From Alphaproteobacteria bacterium (GTDB lineage: Bacteria; Pseudomonadota; Alphaproteobacteria; UBA828), in the NCBI GenBank assembly GCA_963667785.2, contig CAXXMU010000006.1, positions 352,001 through 416,000 on the forward strand: a stretch of 64,000 nucleotides of DNA. The letters are read 5' to 3'. The notes below the pieces were generated by a model. The model was given only the letters and a program-made list of their open reading frames with translations, was not told where the DNA came from and ran no database searches. The translations under genes were made by a program, and so were the position numbers. Below, in pieces: positions 54,543 to 64,000 of the stretch (position 1 is its first letter; each line of letters opens with the position of its first letter).

Positions 54543-55537
54543 GCGACGAGTCTTTCCTGCCACGGCGGTGCCGCGGTGCGCTCGGCCGCGCGCAGACGCG
54601 CCGAGCGCGCCCGGGGGTTGGCGGAGACCTCCACGGCGTCAGGCCTGCGCGCCCGCCGGGTCAGCAGCCTGAAGGTAGGATCGGGCGATTTCGTGGCGCT
54701 GCCCGGCTCGTGCCTGTTCGGCCGCCCGTGACCGTGGCCGCTGCGCTCGCGGAAGAAGCGCTTCACCGGCCGGTCCTCGAGGGAATGGAAGGACACCACC
54801 AGCACGCGCCCGCCGGGGCGGAGCAGCCGCTCGACCTGGCCGAGGCCCCGCTCGATCTCGCCGATCTCGTTGTTGACCCGGATGCGGAGCGCCTGGAAGG
54901 TGCGGGTCGCAGGGTCGATGCCGCGACGGGAACGCCCGGCCGCCGCGCGGCGCACGATGGCGGCGAGCTGGCCGGTTCGGGTGATGGGGGCGTCCGCGCG
55001 GGCGGCGACGATGGCCCGCGCGATGGCCCGCGCCCGGCGCTCCTCGCCGAAGTCCGCGATGAGAGCGGCGAGCGCATCCTCGGTCTCGCCGTTGACCAGG
55101 TCGGCCGCTGTCGGCCCGTGATCGTCCCGGTCCATGCGCATGTCCAGCGGCCCGTCGAGACGGAACGAGAAGCCCCGCGCGCCGTCGTCGAGCTGGACCG
55201 AGGAGAGCCCGAGGTCGAGGGCGATACCGTCGACCGCGTTCACGCGATGGGGCGCGAGCAGGGTCGCCATCTCGGCGAAGCGACCGTGCAGTAGCACCAG
55301 CCGGCCCTCGAAGCGGGCCGCGAGCGCGCCGCCGGCGCGTAGCGCCGCGGCGTCGCGGTCGATGCCGTAGACGACGCAGGACGCCGCCTCGAGCAGGGCC
55401 TCGCTCCAGCCGCCGCCGCCGAAGGTGCCGTCAACGTAGATGCCGCCGTCCTTCGGCGCGAGGAGGGAGAGCATCGCGTCCCTCATGACGGGGACGTGGT
55501 CCGGTGGCACCGCCCCGCGCTGCGCCTCGGCGCTCAC
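54539..55537 (-). CDS. rsmH: 16S rRNA C1402 methyltransferase
   Basis: H.PV, D.TFG.GG, DLG.SS.QLD, FQALRI.VN, FHSLEDR and NPRARSA motifs. Confidence 0.98.
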   Translation of the reverse strand: MSAEAQRGAVPPDHVPVMRDAMLSLLAPKDGGIYVDGTFGGGGWSEALLEAASCVVYGIDRDAAALRAGGALAARFEGRLVLLHGRFAEMATLLAPHRVNAVDGIALDLGLSSVQLDDGARGFSFRLDGPLDMRMDRDDHGPTAADLVNGETEDALAALIADFGEERRARAIARAIVAARADAPITRTGQLAAIVRRAAAGRSRRGIDPATRTFQALRIRVNNEIGEIERGLGQVERLLRPGGRVLVVSFHSLEDRPVKRFFRERSGHGHGRPNRHEPGSATKSPDPTFRLLTRRARRPDAVEVSANPRARSARLRAAERTAAPPWQERLVA

Positions 55538-56022
55538 CGCTCGCCTCCCGGCGCCGACGGCACCGTCAGCTTGGCTCGCTCCGCGGGCGGCATCTCGCGC
55601 ACGGCGCGCAGCACGGCGGCGGCGGCGTCCGGCTCCCAGATCTGGAAGATGTTGCCCATGCCGACGAAGGTGGCGAGCGTCGTGATCCCCGCATGGGCAC
55701 GCAGCTCTTCCGGCAGCAGCACCCGCCCTTCGCCGTCGAAGGGCAGAGGCTCGACGCTGGCGAAGAGCGCCATGCGGGAGTCGCTCAACAGGGGGGCAAA
55801 GGGATCGGCGTTGCTGAAGCGGGCGCTGTAGTCCTCGACGACGTTCATGCCGGAGGCGGTGAGAGACGTGCTGCCGTCGACGGAAGGGAAGACCGCGATG
55901 CCGTGGAAGGTCTGGCCGGCCAGCCGGTTGCGGAAGCGGGCCGGGACGGAGACCCGCCCCTTGCGATCCACTTTGCTCTCGAACCGCCCGGTAAAGATGA
56001 CAACCGGGTTAGTCTGAGCCAC
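55534..56022 (-). CDS. mraZ: dcw cluster transcriptional repressor MraZ
   Basis: Two DxxGR motifs (DRKGR, DGEGR) and FQIW; first gene of the dcw cluster. Confidence 0.95.
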   Translation of the reverse strand: MAQTNPVVIFTGRFESKVDRKGRVSVPARFRNRLAGQTFHGIAVFPSVDGSTSLTASGMNVVEDYSARFSNADPFAPLLSDSRMALFASVEPLPFDGEGRVLLPEELRAHAGITTLATFVGMGNIFQIWEPDAAAAVLRAVREMPPAERAKLTVPSAPGGER

Positions 56023-56099
56023 CGCCTTGCTCCTTGGACTTGAGGCCCGTTCGCCGTGCTGCCGCTCGCAACCGTGCTATCGCATCACCATCCGCAAAT

Positions 56100-56138
56100 T
56101 GGGATTAGATGGTACAACATGGGATTTTATGGGTGCAA
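56100..56138 (-). promoter_or_regulatory. mraZ promoter overlapped by four TGG(G/T)N repeats (MraZ-box-like)
   Basis: Plus strand TGGGA, TGGTA, TGGGA and TGGGT at 56100, 56110, 56120 and 56130; minus strand TTGCAC-N18-TACCAT. Confidence 0.7.
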
Positions 56139-56281
56139 CAAGAAAAAACAAGTCTTCAGCGCGACGCGAATAAACTCCGGTCGGACCATTGACACAGGAG
56201 AGCGGAGGATGGACGACGAGTGCGGCAAGAGCGCCAGTCACCGTCAGCGGGTCGGAAAGTCCTAGTGGAGATCAACTATGT

Positions 56282-56296
56282 GTTCACTATATGTTC
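56282..56296. promoter_or_regulatory. Alphaproteobacterial LexA (SOS) box
   Basis: Exact GTTC-ACTATAT-GTTC. Confidence 0.6.
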
Positions 56297-56343
56297 TTTC
56301 GCGCCGTTATTGGCGGCGACCGCCAGGAGCTGGATCGTTATCC

Positions 56344-56386
56344 GTATATATTGAGGTTATGGGGCTGGCGAACCCGCAATATATTG
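56344..56386. promoter_or_regulatory. Tandem NrdR-like boxes
   Basis: GTATATATTG (56344) and the perfect palindrome CAATATATTG (56377), 33 bp apart. Confidence 0.45.
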
Positions 56387-56420
56387 ATAAGGGCTTCAAA
56401 CGACCCTTGCAGGAGAGGAT

Positions 56421-56823
<403 letters not shown>

Positions 56824-56854
56824 CCCGCCTGACTACGCCGCCGGGCCCGGCCGG

Positions 56855-57697
56855 TCAAGCCGGGCCGCGGCCCGCCGGCCCGGCGACGAGGCTGCACATC
56901 CGCTCCAGCACGTGAGCCGTGCCGGTGTCGATTGCGCCGTCGACCCGTGCCTGGCGGAAATGCCGCTGGAAGGCGCGCACGACGGCCGCCGTGGCCGGGC
57001 CGAACACGCCGTCGGCAGCGACGCCGTAGCCGACGGCCCGGAGACGCTCCTGCTGCCGCGTGACGGCGTCGCCCCGCTCGCCCTCGCGTAGCGTGCGGCC
57101 TGCGCGGGCCGGCGGCCCCCCATCGTCCGGCCAAAGGCCGATGCCCGCACGCGCGAGCCGGGCCCAGTCGAAGAGCTCGCCCGGATCCTGCCGCCGCAGA
57201 GGCGCGATGTCGGCATGCGCCACCACGTTGCGGGCCTCGATCGGGTGGCGCGCGCGTATCGCGCCGGCAAGGTCGATCAGCGCCTCCATCTGGGCGGAGG
57301 GGAACGGGCGGTAGCCCAGCTCGTGGCCGGGATTGACCAGCTCGATCCCGATCGAGAAGTCGTTCACCGCGTGCCGCCCGCGCCAGGCGCTCTGCCCGGC
57401 GTGCCAGGCGCGCTGGCGCTCAGGCACCAGCCGCCAGAGGGTGCCGTCCTCGCCGATGCACCAGTGCGCGCTGACCTTGGCCGCAGGATCGGTCAGCCGT
57501 GCCAGCGCCGCCTCGGCCGAGACCATGCCGGTATAGTGCAGGACCAGCGTGTCGACCGGCCCCCGGCCGGCTGGCCGCTCGTCCCGATTGGGCGAGGGCC
57601 TCTCGATCACCGCCCGCCCGCCTGCGTCCGCGCTCGTCACCGTCCGCTCCGCCGTCACATGCCCCCCCTGCCCCGACGCCACCCGCGAGCGCGGCAT
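56855..57697 (-). CDS. N-acetylmuramoyl-L-alanine amidase (AmpD/AmiD-like) with C-terminal PG-binding domain
   Basis: SPN, LVLHYTGM, VSAH, RAWHAG, SIGIE, H.DIAP.R..DPG and AFQRHFR motifs; start uncertain (57697 or 57658). Confidence 0.94.
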   Translation of the reverse strand: MPRSRVASGQGGHVTAERTVTSADAGGRAVIERPSPNRDERPAGRGPVDTLVLHYTGMVSAEAALARLTDPAAKVSAHWCIGEDGTLWRLVPERQRAWHAGQSAWRGRHAVNDFSIGIELVNPGHELGYRPFPSAQMEALIDLAGAIRARHPIEARNVVAHADIAPLRRQDPGELFDWARLARAGIGLWPDDGGPPARAGRTLREGERGDAVTRQQERLRAVGYGVAADGVFGPATAAVVRAFQRHFRQARVDGAIDTGTAHVLERMCSLVAGPAGRGPA

Positions 57698-58569
57698 CAG
57701 CGGGGCGCCGCCACCTGCGTCCTCTGGCGCCGGAGCACGATCAGCGCCACGCCGGAGACGATGATCAGGCCACCCACCACGGTCTGCCAGGTGAGCGGCT
57801 CGCCCAGCATGAGGACGCCGAAGACGACGCCCACGAAGGGCACCAGCAGCATGAAGCCGGCCACCGTCGCCACCCTGTTGTGCGCCAGCAGATAGTACCA
57901 GGCCCAGTAGGCCAGCAGCGTGGATCCGAACACCTGATAGAGGAGCGAGCCGTGCAGGCGCCAGTCGGGCTGCAGCAGGCTCGCGATCTGCCCCTCCTCC
58001 AGGACGAAGGAGAGCGGGAACAGAAACAGGGCCGAGACCACCGACATCCAGGCGTTGAGTGCGAGCGGCGAGATGTCGGTAAGCCGCTTGGCCTGCACGT
58101 TGGCGACGGCCCAGGCGATGCTCGAGCCGAGCATGAGCCCGATGCCGAGCGCGTTGCCCGTATGGCGGGGCTCGCCGACCAGCACCACCACGCCGCCGAA
58201 GGCGATGGCGATGCCGACGAACGCCGCCCAGCCGGGGCGCTCGCGCAGGACGAGGCCCGCCAGCAGCGCGCTGAGCGGCACCTGCGTGATCCAGATGATT
58301 GCCGCGGTCGAGGCCTCCACACCGATATTGAGGGCGATATAGAAGAGGCCGAAATGGCCGGCGCCCATGGTCAGGGCGAACAGGCTCACCGCAAGCCAGC
58401 GGCCGCTCGGCGGGCGCACGAACCAGACGAGCATCAGCGCCATCAGGGCGAAGCGCAGCGCCAGGAAGAAGAGCGGCGGCATGTGGTCGGCGCCGTACTT
58501 GCTGGTGACGAAGCCGAAGCCCCAGAGCAGCGCCGTACCGAGCGCGATCGGAATGTGACTCGGCTGCAT
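57697..58569 (-). CDS. EamA/DMT family transporter
   Basis: About 10 TM segments, WG..F, .LRF and duplicated L.E motifs. Confidence 0.92.
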   Translation of the reverse strand: MQPSHIPIALGTALLWGFGFVTSKYGADHMPPLFFLALRFALMALMLVWFVRPPSGRWLAVSLFALTMGAGHFGLFYIALNIGVEASTAAIIWITQVPLSALLAGLVLRERPGWAAFVGIAIAFGGVVVLVGEPRHTGNALGIGLMLGSSIAWAVANVQAKRLTDISPLALNAWMSVVSALFLFPLSFVLEEGQIASLLQPDWRLHGSLLYQVFGSTLLAYWAWYYLLAHNRVATVAGFMLLVPFVGVVFGVLMLGEPLTWQTVVGGLIIVSGVALIVLRRQRTQVAAPR

Positions 58570-58650
58570 GGAGCGATCGAAGCGGCGGCAATGGCGACGT
58601 GGGGGACGAAGCGAGGGGCGTAACGGGCGGGCGCGGGACGGCGAGTGCGC

Positions 58651-59394
58651 TCAGCGCATGCCGCGAAGCTTGGCGATCCTGTCGTAGGCGGCGTTGATCG
58701 CGGCCATCTGCTCGTTCGCGACCTGGATCATCTCCTCCGGCATGCCTTCGGCGATGAGCTTGTCCGGGTGATGCTCCCGGATCAACCGGCGGTAGGTCTG
58801 CTTGATCTCCTCGTCCGATGCCTTGGGCTCGACACCGAGCACCTGGTAGGGGTCGCTCTCCCCACCGCCCATGTGGCGCGCCATGATCTGGGCGAAACCG
58901 CGCTCGTCGAAGCCGAAGATCTGGGCCACGCGGGTCAGGTAGTCGCGCTCGCGCTCGTGCAGCTCGCCGTCGGCCATGGCGATCTGGAAGAGCGCGCCGA
59001 GCAGCTCTTCGCGCATGGTGGTGTCGTGGGGGAAGATCTGCACGATCTGCTCGGCATAGGGCTCGAAGCCGGTGGCCTCGCGCCGCGCCTCGTCCCAGAT
59101 CCGCCCGATCGCGGCGGCATGCGCTTCGGGCACCGCAAAGACCCGCTTGAAGGCGTCGATCTCCTCGCGGGTGACGCGTCCGTCGGCCTTCGCCATCTTG
59201 GCCGCGAGCACGACCAGCGCGATCGAGACCGCAGCCTGCTTGGTCTCCTGATCGCCTGCGCCGAGGCGGCGGACGCGCCGGCCGATCGCCATGCGGTCCA
59301 CGAAATGACCGGCGGCCACGCCCAGGATGGCGCCGATGGGGCCGCCCAGCGCGAAGCCAGCGGCACCCCCGATCACCTTGCCCCAGATGCTCAA
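58651..59394 (-). CDS. djlA: DnaJ-like co-chaperone DjlA (TerB-like domain plus J domain)
   Basis: TTG start 59394 (MSIWGKVIGG..GF..GGP.GA); AKADG, DPY.VLG and HPD motifs. Confidence 0.92.
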   Translation of the reverse strand: MSIWGKVIGGAAGFALGGPIGAILGVAAGHFVDRMAIGRRVRRLGAGDQETKQAAVSIALVVLAAKMAKADGRVTREEIDAFKRVFAVPEAHAAAIGRIWDEARREATGFEPYAEQIVQIFPHDTTMREELLGALFQIAMADGELHERERDYLTRVAQIFGFDERGFAQIMARHMGGGESDPYQVLGVEPKASDEEIKQTYRRLIREHHPDKLIAEGMPEEMIQVANEQMAAINAAYDRIAKLRGMR

Positions 59395-59582
59395 CCGACG
59401 CCCATCCCCGCAGCCTGCAGGCGGCCACCATAGCGAGCCCGCCGCAGCCGCGCCAGACCGGGCGGGGCGGCGACGATGCGTCCGTAATCCCTGTTGCAAT
59501 CCGGCCGGGGCGCTGAAAACATGCCGCCGCCGCGACCGCGGCACGAAGTCCGCCGGCACGGCTCAGGGTAAAGGGAGATGGC

Positions 59583-61604
59583 ATGAGCAATTCGACCGAA
59601 GCGCTCAATATCGCGCTTGTCGGCCCTTATACGAGCGGAAAGACCACGCTTCTCGAGAGCATGTTGTTCGTCTCGGGCACGATCGGCCGCAAGGGCAAGG
59701 TCACGGACGGCAACACGGTGGGAGACTGGTCCGACGAGGCGCGGGCGCGTCAGTCGAGCGTCGAGGTCAACACCGCCTCGTTCTCGTATCGCGATCGCCG
59801 GTTCACCGTCCTCGATTGCCCGGGATCGATCGAATTCTTCGGCGAGACCGCCAATGCGCTCATGGGCGTCGATCTCGCCATCATCGTCTGCACCCCCGAT
59901 CTGGCGCGGGTCTGGACCATGGGGCGGCTCTTCAAGTACCTGGCACAGCACGAGATCCCCCACATCCTGTTTGCCAACAGGATGGACGAGACGGCGGTAC
60001 GGGTCGCCGAGTTGATCGAGGCGGTGACGCCCGTCAGCGACCGGCCGCTGGTGCCCTGCCAGGTGGCGATCCGCGACGGCGACCAGGTCACGGGCTATGT
60101 CGATCTCGTCACCGGCCAGGCCTACGAATATCGCGACCAGGAGGGCGCGGTCGGCGTCGACGCGCCGGAGACGGTGCTGGAACGGCAGGAGGACGCGCGC
60201 ACGCAGCTGCTCGAGAGCCTGGCGGACTTCGACGACGCGCTCCTCGAGAGCCTGCTTGAGGACGAGATTCCCGGAACGGACGAGATTCGGGCCTATGTGC
60301 GGAACACGCTTGCGGACGCGCAGGTGGTTCCGGTGATGATGGGCTCGGCCGAGCGGGACTGGGGCGTGCGCCGCCTGCTGGAATCGCTGGTCGACTTCGC
60401 GCCGGGCGGCGCGGTGGCTGCGCGCAGGCTGCCGGCCGACGCCGGCATTGTCGGGCAGGTCGTCAAGACCTACATCACCCAGCACGGCGGCAAGGTCTCC
60501 CTCGCGCGGGTGTGGGCCGGGACCATCGAGGACGGCACGGTGCTGAACGACGGCCAGCGCATCGGCGGGATGTACCGCATGCAGGGCCAGCAGCAGACCA
60601 AGATCGACAGGGCCGAGGCCGGCGAGATCGTGGGCCTGGGGCGGCTCGAGACGATCGCCACCGGCGATACCGTCGCACCGACGGACGGACCCGCGGCGGA
60701 GCCCATGCCGCGTGCCGCGCCGCCGCCCTCGGTCTATGCCTACTCGGTGCGTGCGAGCCGGCGCGAGGACGAGGTCAAGGTCTCGGGCGCCATGAGCCGG
60801 ATCGCCCAGGAAGACCCCTCGCTGCGCTTCGAGCAGAACCCCGACACCCAGGAGTCCGTGCTCTGGGGCCAGGGCGAGATGCATCTCAAGGTCGCGCTCG
60901 ACCGCCTCTCCAGCAAGTACGGGCTCGCCCTGCAAACCGAGCGGCCCAAGGTCGCCTACAAGGAAGCGATCCGAAAGCCGGTCGCCCAGCATGCCCGCTT
61001 CAAGAAGCAGACCGGCGGCCACGGCCAGTTCGGCGACGTGCACATCGAGGTGAAGCCGCTGCCGCGGGGCACCGGCTTCGAGTTTCAGCAGAAGGTCGTC
61101 GGCGGCGCCGTGCCGCGCCAGTACATCCCCGCCGTCGAGGCCGGCGTACGCGACTATCTGTCCAGCGGGCCGCTCGGCTTCCCGGTCGTCGATGTCTCGG
61201 TGACGCTGACCGACGGCAAGCATCACGCCGTGGACAGTTCCGAGCAGGCCTTCAAGACCGCAGGCCGCATGGCGATGGCCGAGGCGCTGCCGAAGTGCAA
61301 CCCGGTGCTGCTCGAGCCCATCTGCGAGGTCCGGATATCGATACCGAGCGAGTTCACGCCGAACGTCCAGCGCCTCGTGACCGGGCGCCGCGGCCAGGTG
61401 CTGGGCTTCCGGGCCCGGGAGGACTGGTCCGGCTGGGACGAGGTCACCAGCCAGATGCCCCAGGCGGAGATGCACGACCTGATCATCGAGCTTCGTTCGC
61501 TCACGCTCGGCGTCGGCACGTTCGAATCGCACTTCGACCGCTTGCAGGAGCTCACCGGGCGGCTCGCCGACGACGTTCTCGCCGCGGCCAAGGAGGAGAA
61601 CTGA
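59583..61604 (+). CDS. Elongation factor G-like paralog (EF-G II type)
   Basis: EF-G domains (GQGEMHL, KKQTGGHGQF, GFPVVD, H.VDSSE.AF, LLEP) with divergent G motifs GPYTSGKT, DCPGS and NRMD. Confidence 0.93.
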   Translation: MSNSTEALNIALVGPYTSGKTTLLESMLFVSGTIGRKGKVTDGNTVGDWSDEARARQSSVEVNTASFSYRDRRFTVLDCPGSIEFFGETANALMGVDLAIIVCTPDLARVWTMGRLFKYLAQHEIPHILFANRMDETAVRVAELIEAVTPVSDRPLVPCQVAIRDGDQVTGYVDLVTGQAYEYRDQEGAVGVDAPETVLERQEDARTQLLESLADFDDALLESLLEDEIPGTDEIRAYVRNTLADAQVVPVMMGSAERDWGVRRLLESLVDFAPGGAVAARRLPADAGIVGQVVKTYITQHGGKVSLARVWAGTIEDGTVLNDGQRIGGMYRMQGQQQTKIDRAEAGEIVGLGRLETIATGDTVAPTDGPAAEPMPRAAPPPSVYAYSVRASRREDEVKVSGAMSRIAQEDPSLRFEQNPDTQESVLWGQGEMHLKVALDRLSSKYGLALQTERPKVAYKEAIRKPVAQHARFKKQTGGHGQFGDVHIEVKPLPRGTGFEFQQKVVGGAVPRQYIPAVEAGVRDYLSSGPLGFPVVDVSVTLTDGKHHAVDSSEQAFKTAGRMAMAEALPKCNPVLLEPICEVRISIPSEFTPNVQRLVTGRRGQVLGFRAREDWSGWDEVTSQMPQAEMHDLIIELRSLTLGVGTFESHFDRLQELTGRLADDVLAAAKEEN

Positions 61605-61663
61605 CGCACCGCATGCCTGATCGCCCTCCGCACCCGCTGGTCGCGCCCGCGCCGCGTGGAGCC

Positions 61664-62416
61664 ATGGCGACACTGCGGCGCTGGCTGGCGTGCGCGCTGC
61701 TGGCCTGTGTGCTGCTCGGCAGTGCTGCCGACCTCCGGGCGAACGACGCCTACGACGACGATCCCCTTGAGGGTCTCAACCGGGTGGTGTTCGAGTTCAA
61801 CCAGGCCATAGACGCGCTGGTGCTGAAGCCGGCGGCGGAGCTCTACGTCGCCTTCCTGCCGGAAGAGGTGCGATACCGGGTCTCCAACGTCCTCCGGAAC
61901 CTCGGCGAGCCGATCAACCTCCTCAACAACCTGGCCCAGGGCAAGTTCGAGCGGGCGGGCGCGACGCTCATGCGCTTCTCGATCAACTCGACCTTCGGCG
62001 TGGCGGGCATCTTCGACGTGGCCACGGACTGGGGATACGAGCACACGCCCGAGGATTTCGGCCAGACGCTTGCGACCTGGGGCGTGGGCGACAAGCCGTT
62101 CCTCATGCTGCCGCTGCTGGGGCCTTCCAATCCCCGCGACGCGCTCGGCTTCGCGGTCGACTGGGTGGCGGATCCCCTGGCCCACATCACACCGGCCGAC
62201 GCCGGCGTGGCTCGCGCCGCCACGAGCGGCGTCTCGCAGCGCGCCGAGTATCTCGACGAATTGGAGACCGTGGAACGGACCTCGGTCGATTTTTATGCTG
62301 CATTGCGCGAGCTATACCGGCAGTATCGCGCCGACGACGTACGCGACGGCGCGCCGCCGCCCATCATGGACGTGCCGGACTTCGATTTCGATGACGAGGA
62401 GTGGCTCGAGGAATAG
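61664..62416 (+). CDS. mlaA: MlaA/VacJ family protein
   Basis: DPLE..NR..F.FN, RF.INST.G.AG..D.A, EDFGQTL..WG and LP.LGPS..RD motifs. Confidence 0.94.
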   Translation: MATLRRWLACALLACVLLGSAADLRANDAYDDDPLEGLNRVVFEFNQAIDALVLKPAAELYVAFLPEEVRYRVSNVLRNLGEPINLLNNLAQGKFERAGATLMRFSINSTFGVAGIFDVATDWGYEHTPEDFGQTLATWGVGDKPFLMLPLLGPSNPRDALGFAVDWVADPLAHITPADAGVARAATSGVSQRAEYLDELETVERTSVDFYAALRELYRQYRADDVRDGAPPPIMDVPDFDFDDEEWLEE

Positions 62417-62458
62417 CCCGCCGCGCGGCATCCCGGGCCCAGGCAAAGCCGACTTCGC

Positions 62459-63115
62459 ATGAGCATTCCCTTTTCCAGCGTTCTCCTTTCCCGGCGCGCC
62501 CTCGTGGTTGCCGCCTTCCTAGCCGCCGCCCTCGCGGTCGCGGGCACGGGCCAGCGGGCGGCCGCGTCCGATGACGTCGCGCTGAACTTCGTCCAGGAAC
62601 TCGGAGGGCAAGCCGTCGCCGTCCTCCGCGACCATGAGAGCAGCACGTTCGAGGAGCGGGAGGCCGCGTTCCGCGCCATCCTGGTGAAAGCCTTCGACGT
62701 GCCCACCGTCAGCCGCTTCGTCCTCGGCCGGCACTGGCGGACCGCGAGCGAGCAGCAGCGCGCGGACTACTTGGACATCTTCATCGACTTCATCGCGCGC
62801 GTGTACGCCGCCCGTTTCGATTCGTACGGCGGCGAGACCCTCAACGCATACCAGTCGATCGACGACGAGAGCGGCGACACGATCGTGCGGACGCGCATCG
62901 AGCGGCCGGGCGGCGACAAGCCGGTCCACGTCGACTTCCGGGTCCGCGAGAAGGACGGCGATCCCAGGGTCATCGACGTGGTGGTCGAAGGCATCAGCAT
63001 GCTGCACACCCACCGGGTCGAATTCAGCTCGGTCATCAACCGCAAGGGTATCGACGGACTGCTGAACGACCTGCGCGCGCGGGTCGAGGCGCCGCTCGAG
63101 GAAACGGCGAATTAG
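62459..63115 (+). CDS. mlaC: MlaC/Ttg2D phospholipid-binding protein
   Basis: FD....RFVLG..W, DV.VEGIS and GIDGL motifs. Confidence 0.93.
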   Translation: MSIPFSSVLLSRRALVVAAFLAAALAVAGTGQRAAASDDVALNFVQELGGQAVAVLRDHESSTFEEREAAFRAILVKAFDVPTVSRFVLGRHWRTASEQQRADYLDIFIDFIARVYAARFDSYGGETLNAYQSIDDESGDTIVRTRIERPGGDKPVHVDFRVREKDGDPRVIDVVVEGISMLHTHRVEFSSVINRKGIDGLLNDLRARVEAPLEETAN

Positions 63116-63272
63116 TGAGGCGCGGCGGCGAGCGCGGCCTTCGCCGGACGAGATCCCCGAGGGCGAAGGCCCGCTGACCGGAAGCGACGGCGAGTGGATC
63201 ATCTATGAATCCGAGTAGCCCCCGGCCCCGGACGGGCGGGCGGGCGCGTTTAGCAAGCGACAGGCGGAGTGG

Positions 63273-64000
63273 ATGATGCAGTTCGGCGTTCTCGTGACCT
63301 CGCAGCCCAATCTCGATACGGAGCCCTACCCGCACCGCGCCGTGCACGCGCGGGTCACGCGCGAGATCGTGGAGGCGGACCGCCTCGGCTACGACACCGC
63401 CTGGATCGCGGAGCACCACTTCTCCAACCAGTACGGCGTGCTGCCGGACCCGTTCGTCTATCTGGCATACCTGGTGCCCAAGACCTCCCGCATCGGCCTC
63501 GGCACGGCGGTGATGACGCTGCCGCTGCACAATCCGGTGCGGATCGTCGAGAACGCGGCCTTCGTGGACGTCCTCAGCGAAGGCCGGCTCAGCCTCGGCG
63601 TGGGCTCCGGCTACCGGCCCTACGAGTACGAGGGCTTCGGGATCCCGTTCGACGCCCGCCACGACATCCAGGAGGAGGCCATTCCGCTGATCCTCGATGC
63701 CTTCCACCAGCGGAGGGTGAGCCACGAGGGGAGCCACTTCCGCCACAGCATCGAGGGCGACTACGAGATCTTCCCGGTAAGCCTGCAGCAGCCGCACCCC
63801 CCCTTCTACATGGCGGCGGGGACCGACCGCTCGATCGGTATCGCGGCCCGCCACGGCTTCGGCCTGATGCTGTCCACCCTGCCGTCCTTCGACACCCTCG
63901 CAGGCCAGATCGCGCTCTACCGCGAGGCCATGGCCGAGGCCCCCTCGCCGTGGAACGCCAACCCGGCCTTCGGCTCCATCAACATCGCCCGCTGGGTCTA
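63273..64000 (+). CDS. LLM class flavin-dependent oxidoreductase, partial (runs off window end)
   Basis: Manual translation MMQFGVLVTSQP...EADRLGYDTAWIAEHHFS...TSRIGLGTAVMTLPLHNPVRIVE...LSEGRLSLGVGSGY. Confidence 0.92.
   Translation, partial: MMQFGVLVTSQPNLDTEPYPHRAVHARVTREIVEADRLGYDTAWIAEHHFSNQYGVLPDPFVYLAYLVPKTSRIGLGTAVMTLPLHNPVRIVENAAFVDVLSEGRLSLGVGSGYRPYEYEGFGIPFDARHDIQEEAIPLILDAFHQRRVSHEGSHFRHSIEGDYEIFPVSLQQPHPPFYMAAGTDRSIGIAARHGFGLMLSTLPSFDTLAGQIALYREAMAEAPSPWNANPAFGSINIARWV

Noticed and set aside
56209-56265. 18-aa ORF MDDECGKSASHRQRVGKS with an AGGAG upstream
   Set aside because: Too short, no recognisable features and no -10 for the nearby TTGACA; unsupported without conservation or Ribo-seq.
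56855-59608. 917-aa ORF suggesting an amidase fusion
   Set aside because: Only the last ~280 aa are amidase; the rest is off-frame sequence over EamA and djlA.

Overview
High-GC bacterial chromosome segment. Gene content, synteny and protein motifs point to an alphaproteobacterium, possibly Rhodospirillales-like; this placement is an inference. It is mostly core genome: the str/S10 ribosomal operon (rpsL-rpsG-fusA-tuf-rpsJ-rplC-rplD'), purD, ate/bpt, a TRAP transporter, bioBA, kdsD-lptCAB, a hydantoinase/oxoprolinase pair, dusA, class II RNR (nrdJ), argH-lipoprotein-lysA, the dcw cluster (mraZ to ftsZ-lpxC), RNase P RNA, amidase-EamA-djlA, an EF-G paralog, mlaA-mlaC and a partial LLM oxidoreductase. 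I found no CRISPR array, tRNA, rRNA, integrase or transposase. The best candidates for novelty are: (1) a lone lower-GC island encoding an AAA+ ATPase-wHTH-PD-(D/E)xK (AAA_14/DUF4143-like) protein with its own leaderless promoter, a palindromic operator and a G9 tract, possibly a phase-variable single-gene defence system; (2) a cis-regulatory cluster between rnpB and mraZ combining MraZ-type repeats, a perfect alphaproteobacterial LexA box and tandem NrdR-like boxes, echoed upstream of nrdJ; (3) a composite CTAGAGC-ended MITE enclosing an inverted pair of REP-like hairpins. All motif and family calls were made by eye, without database searches.
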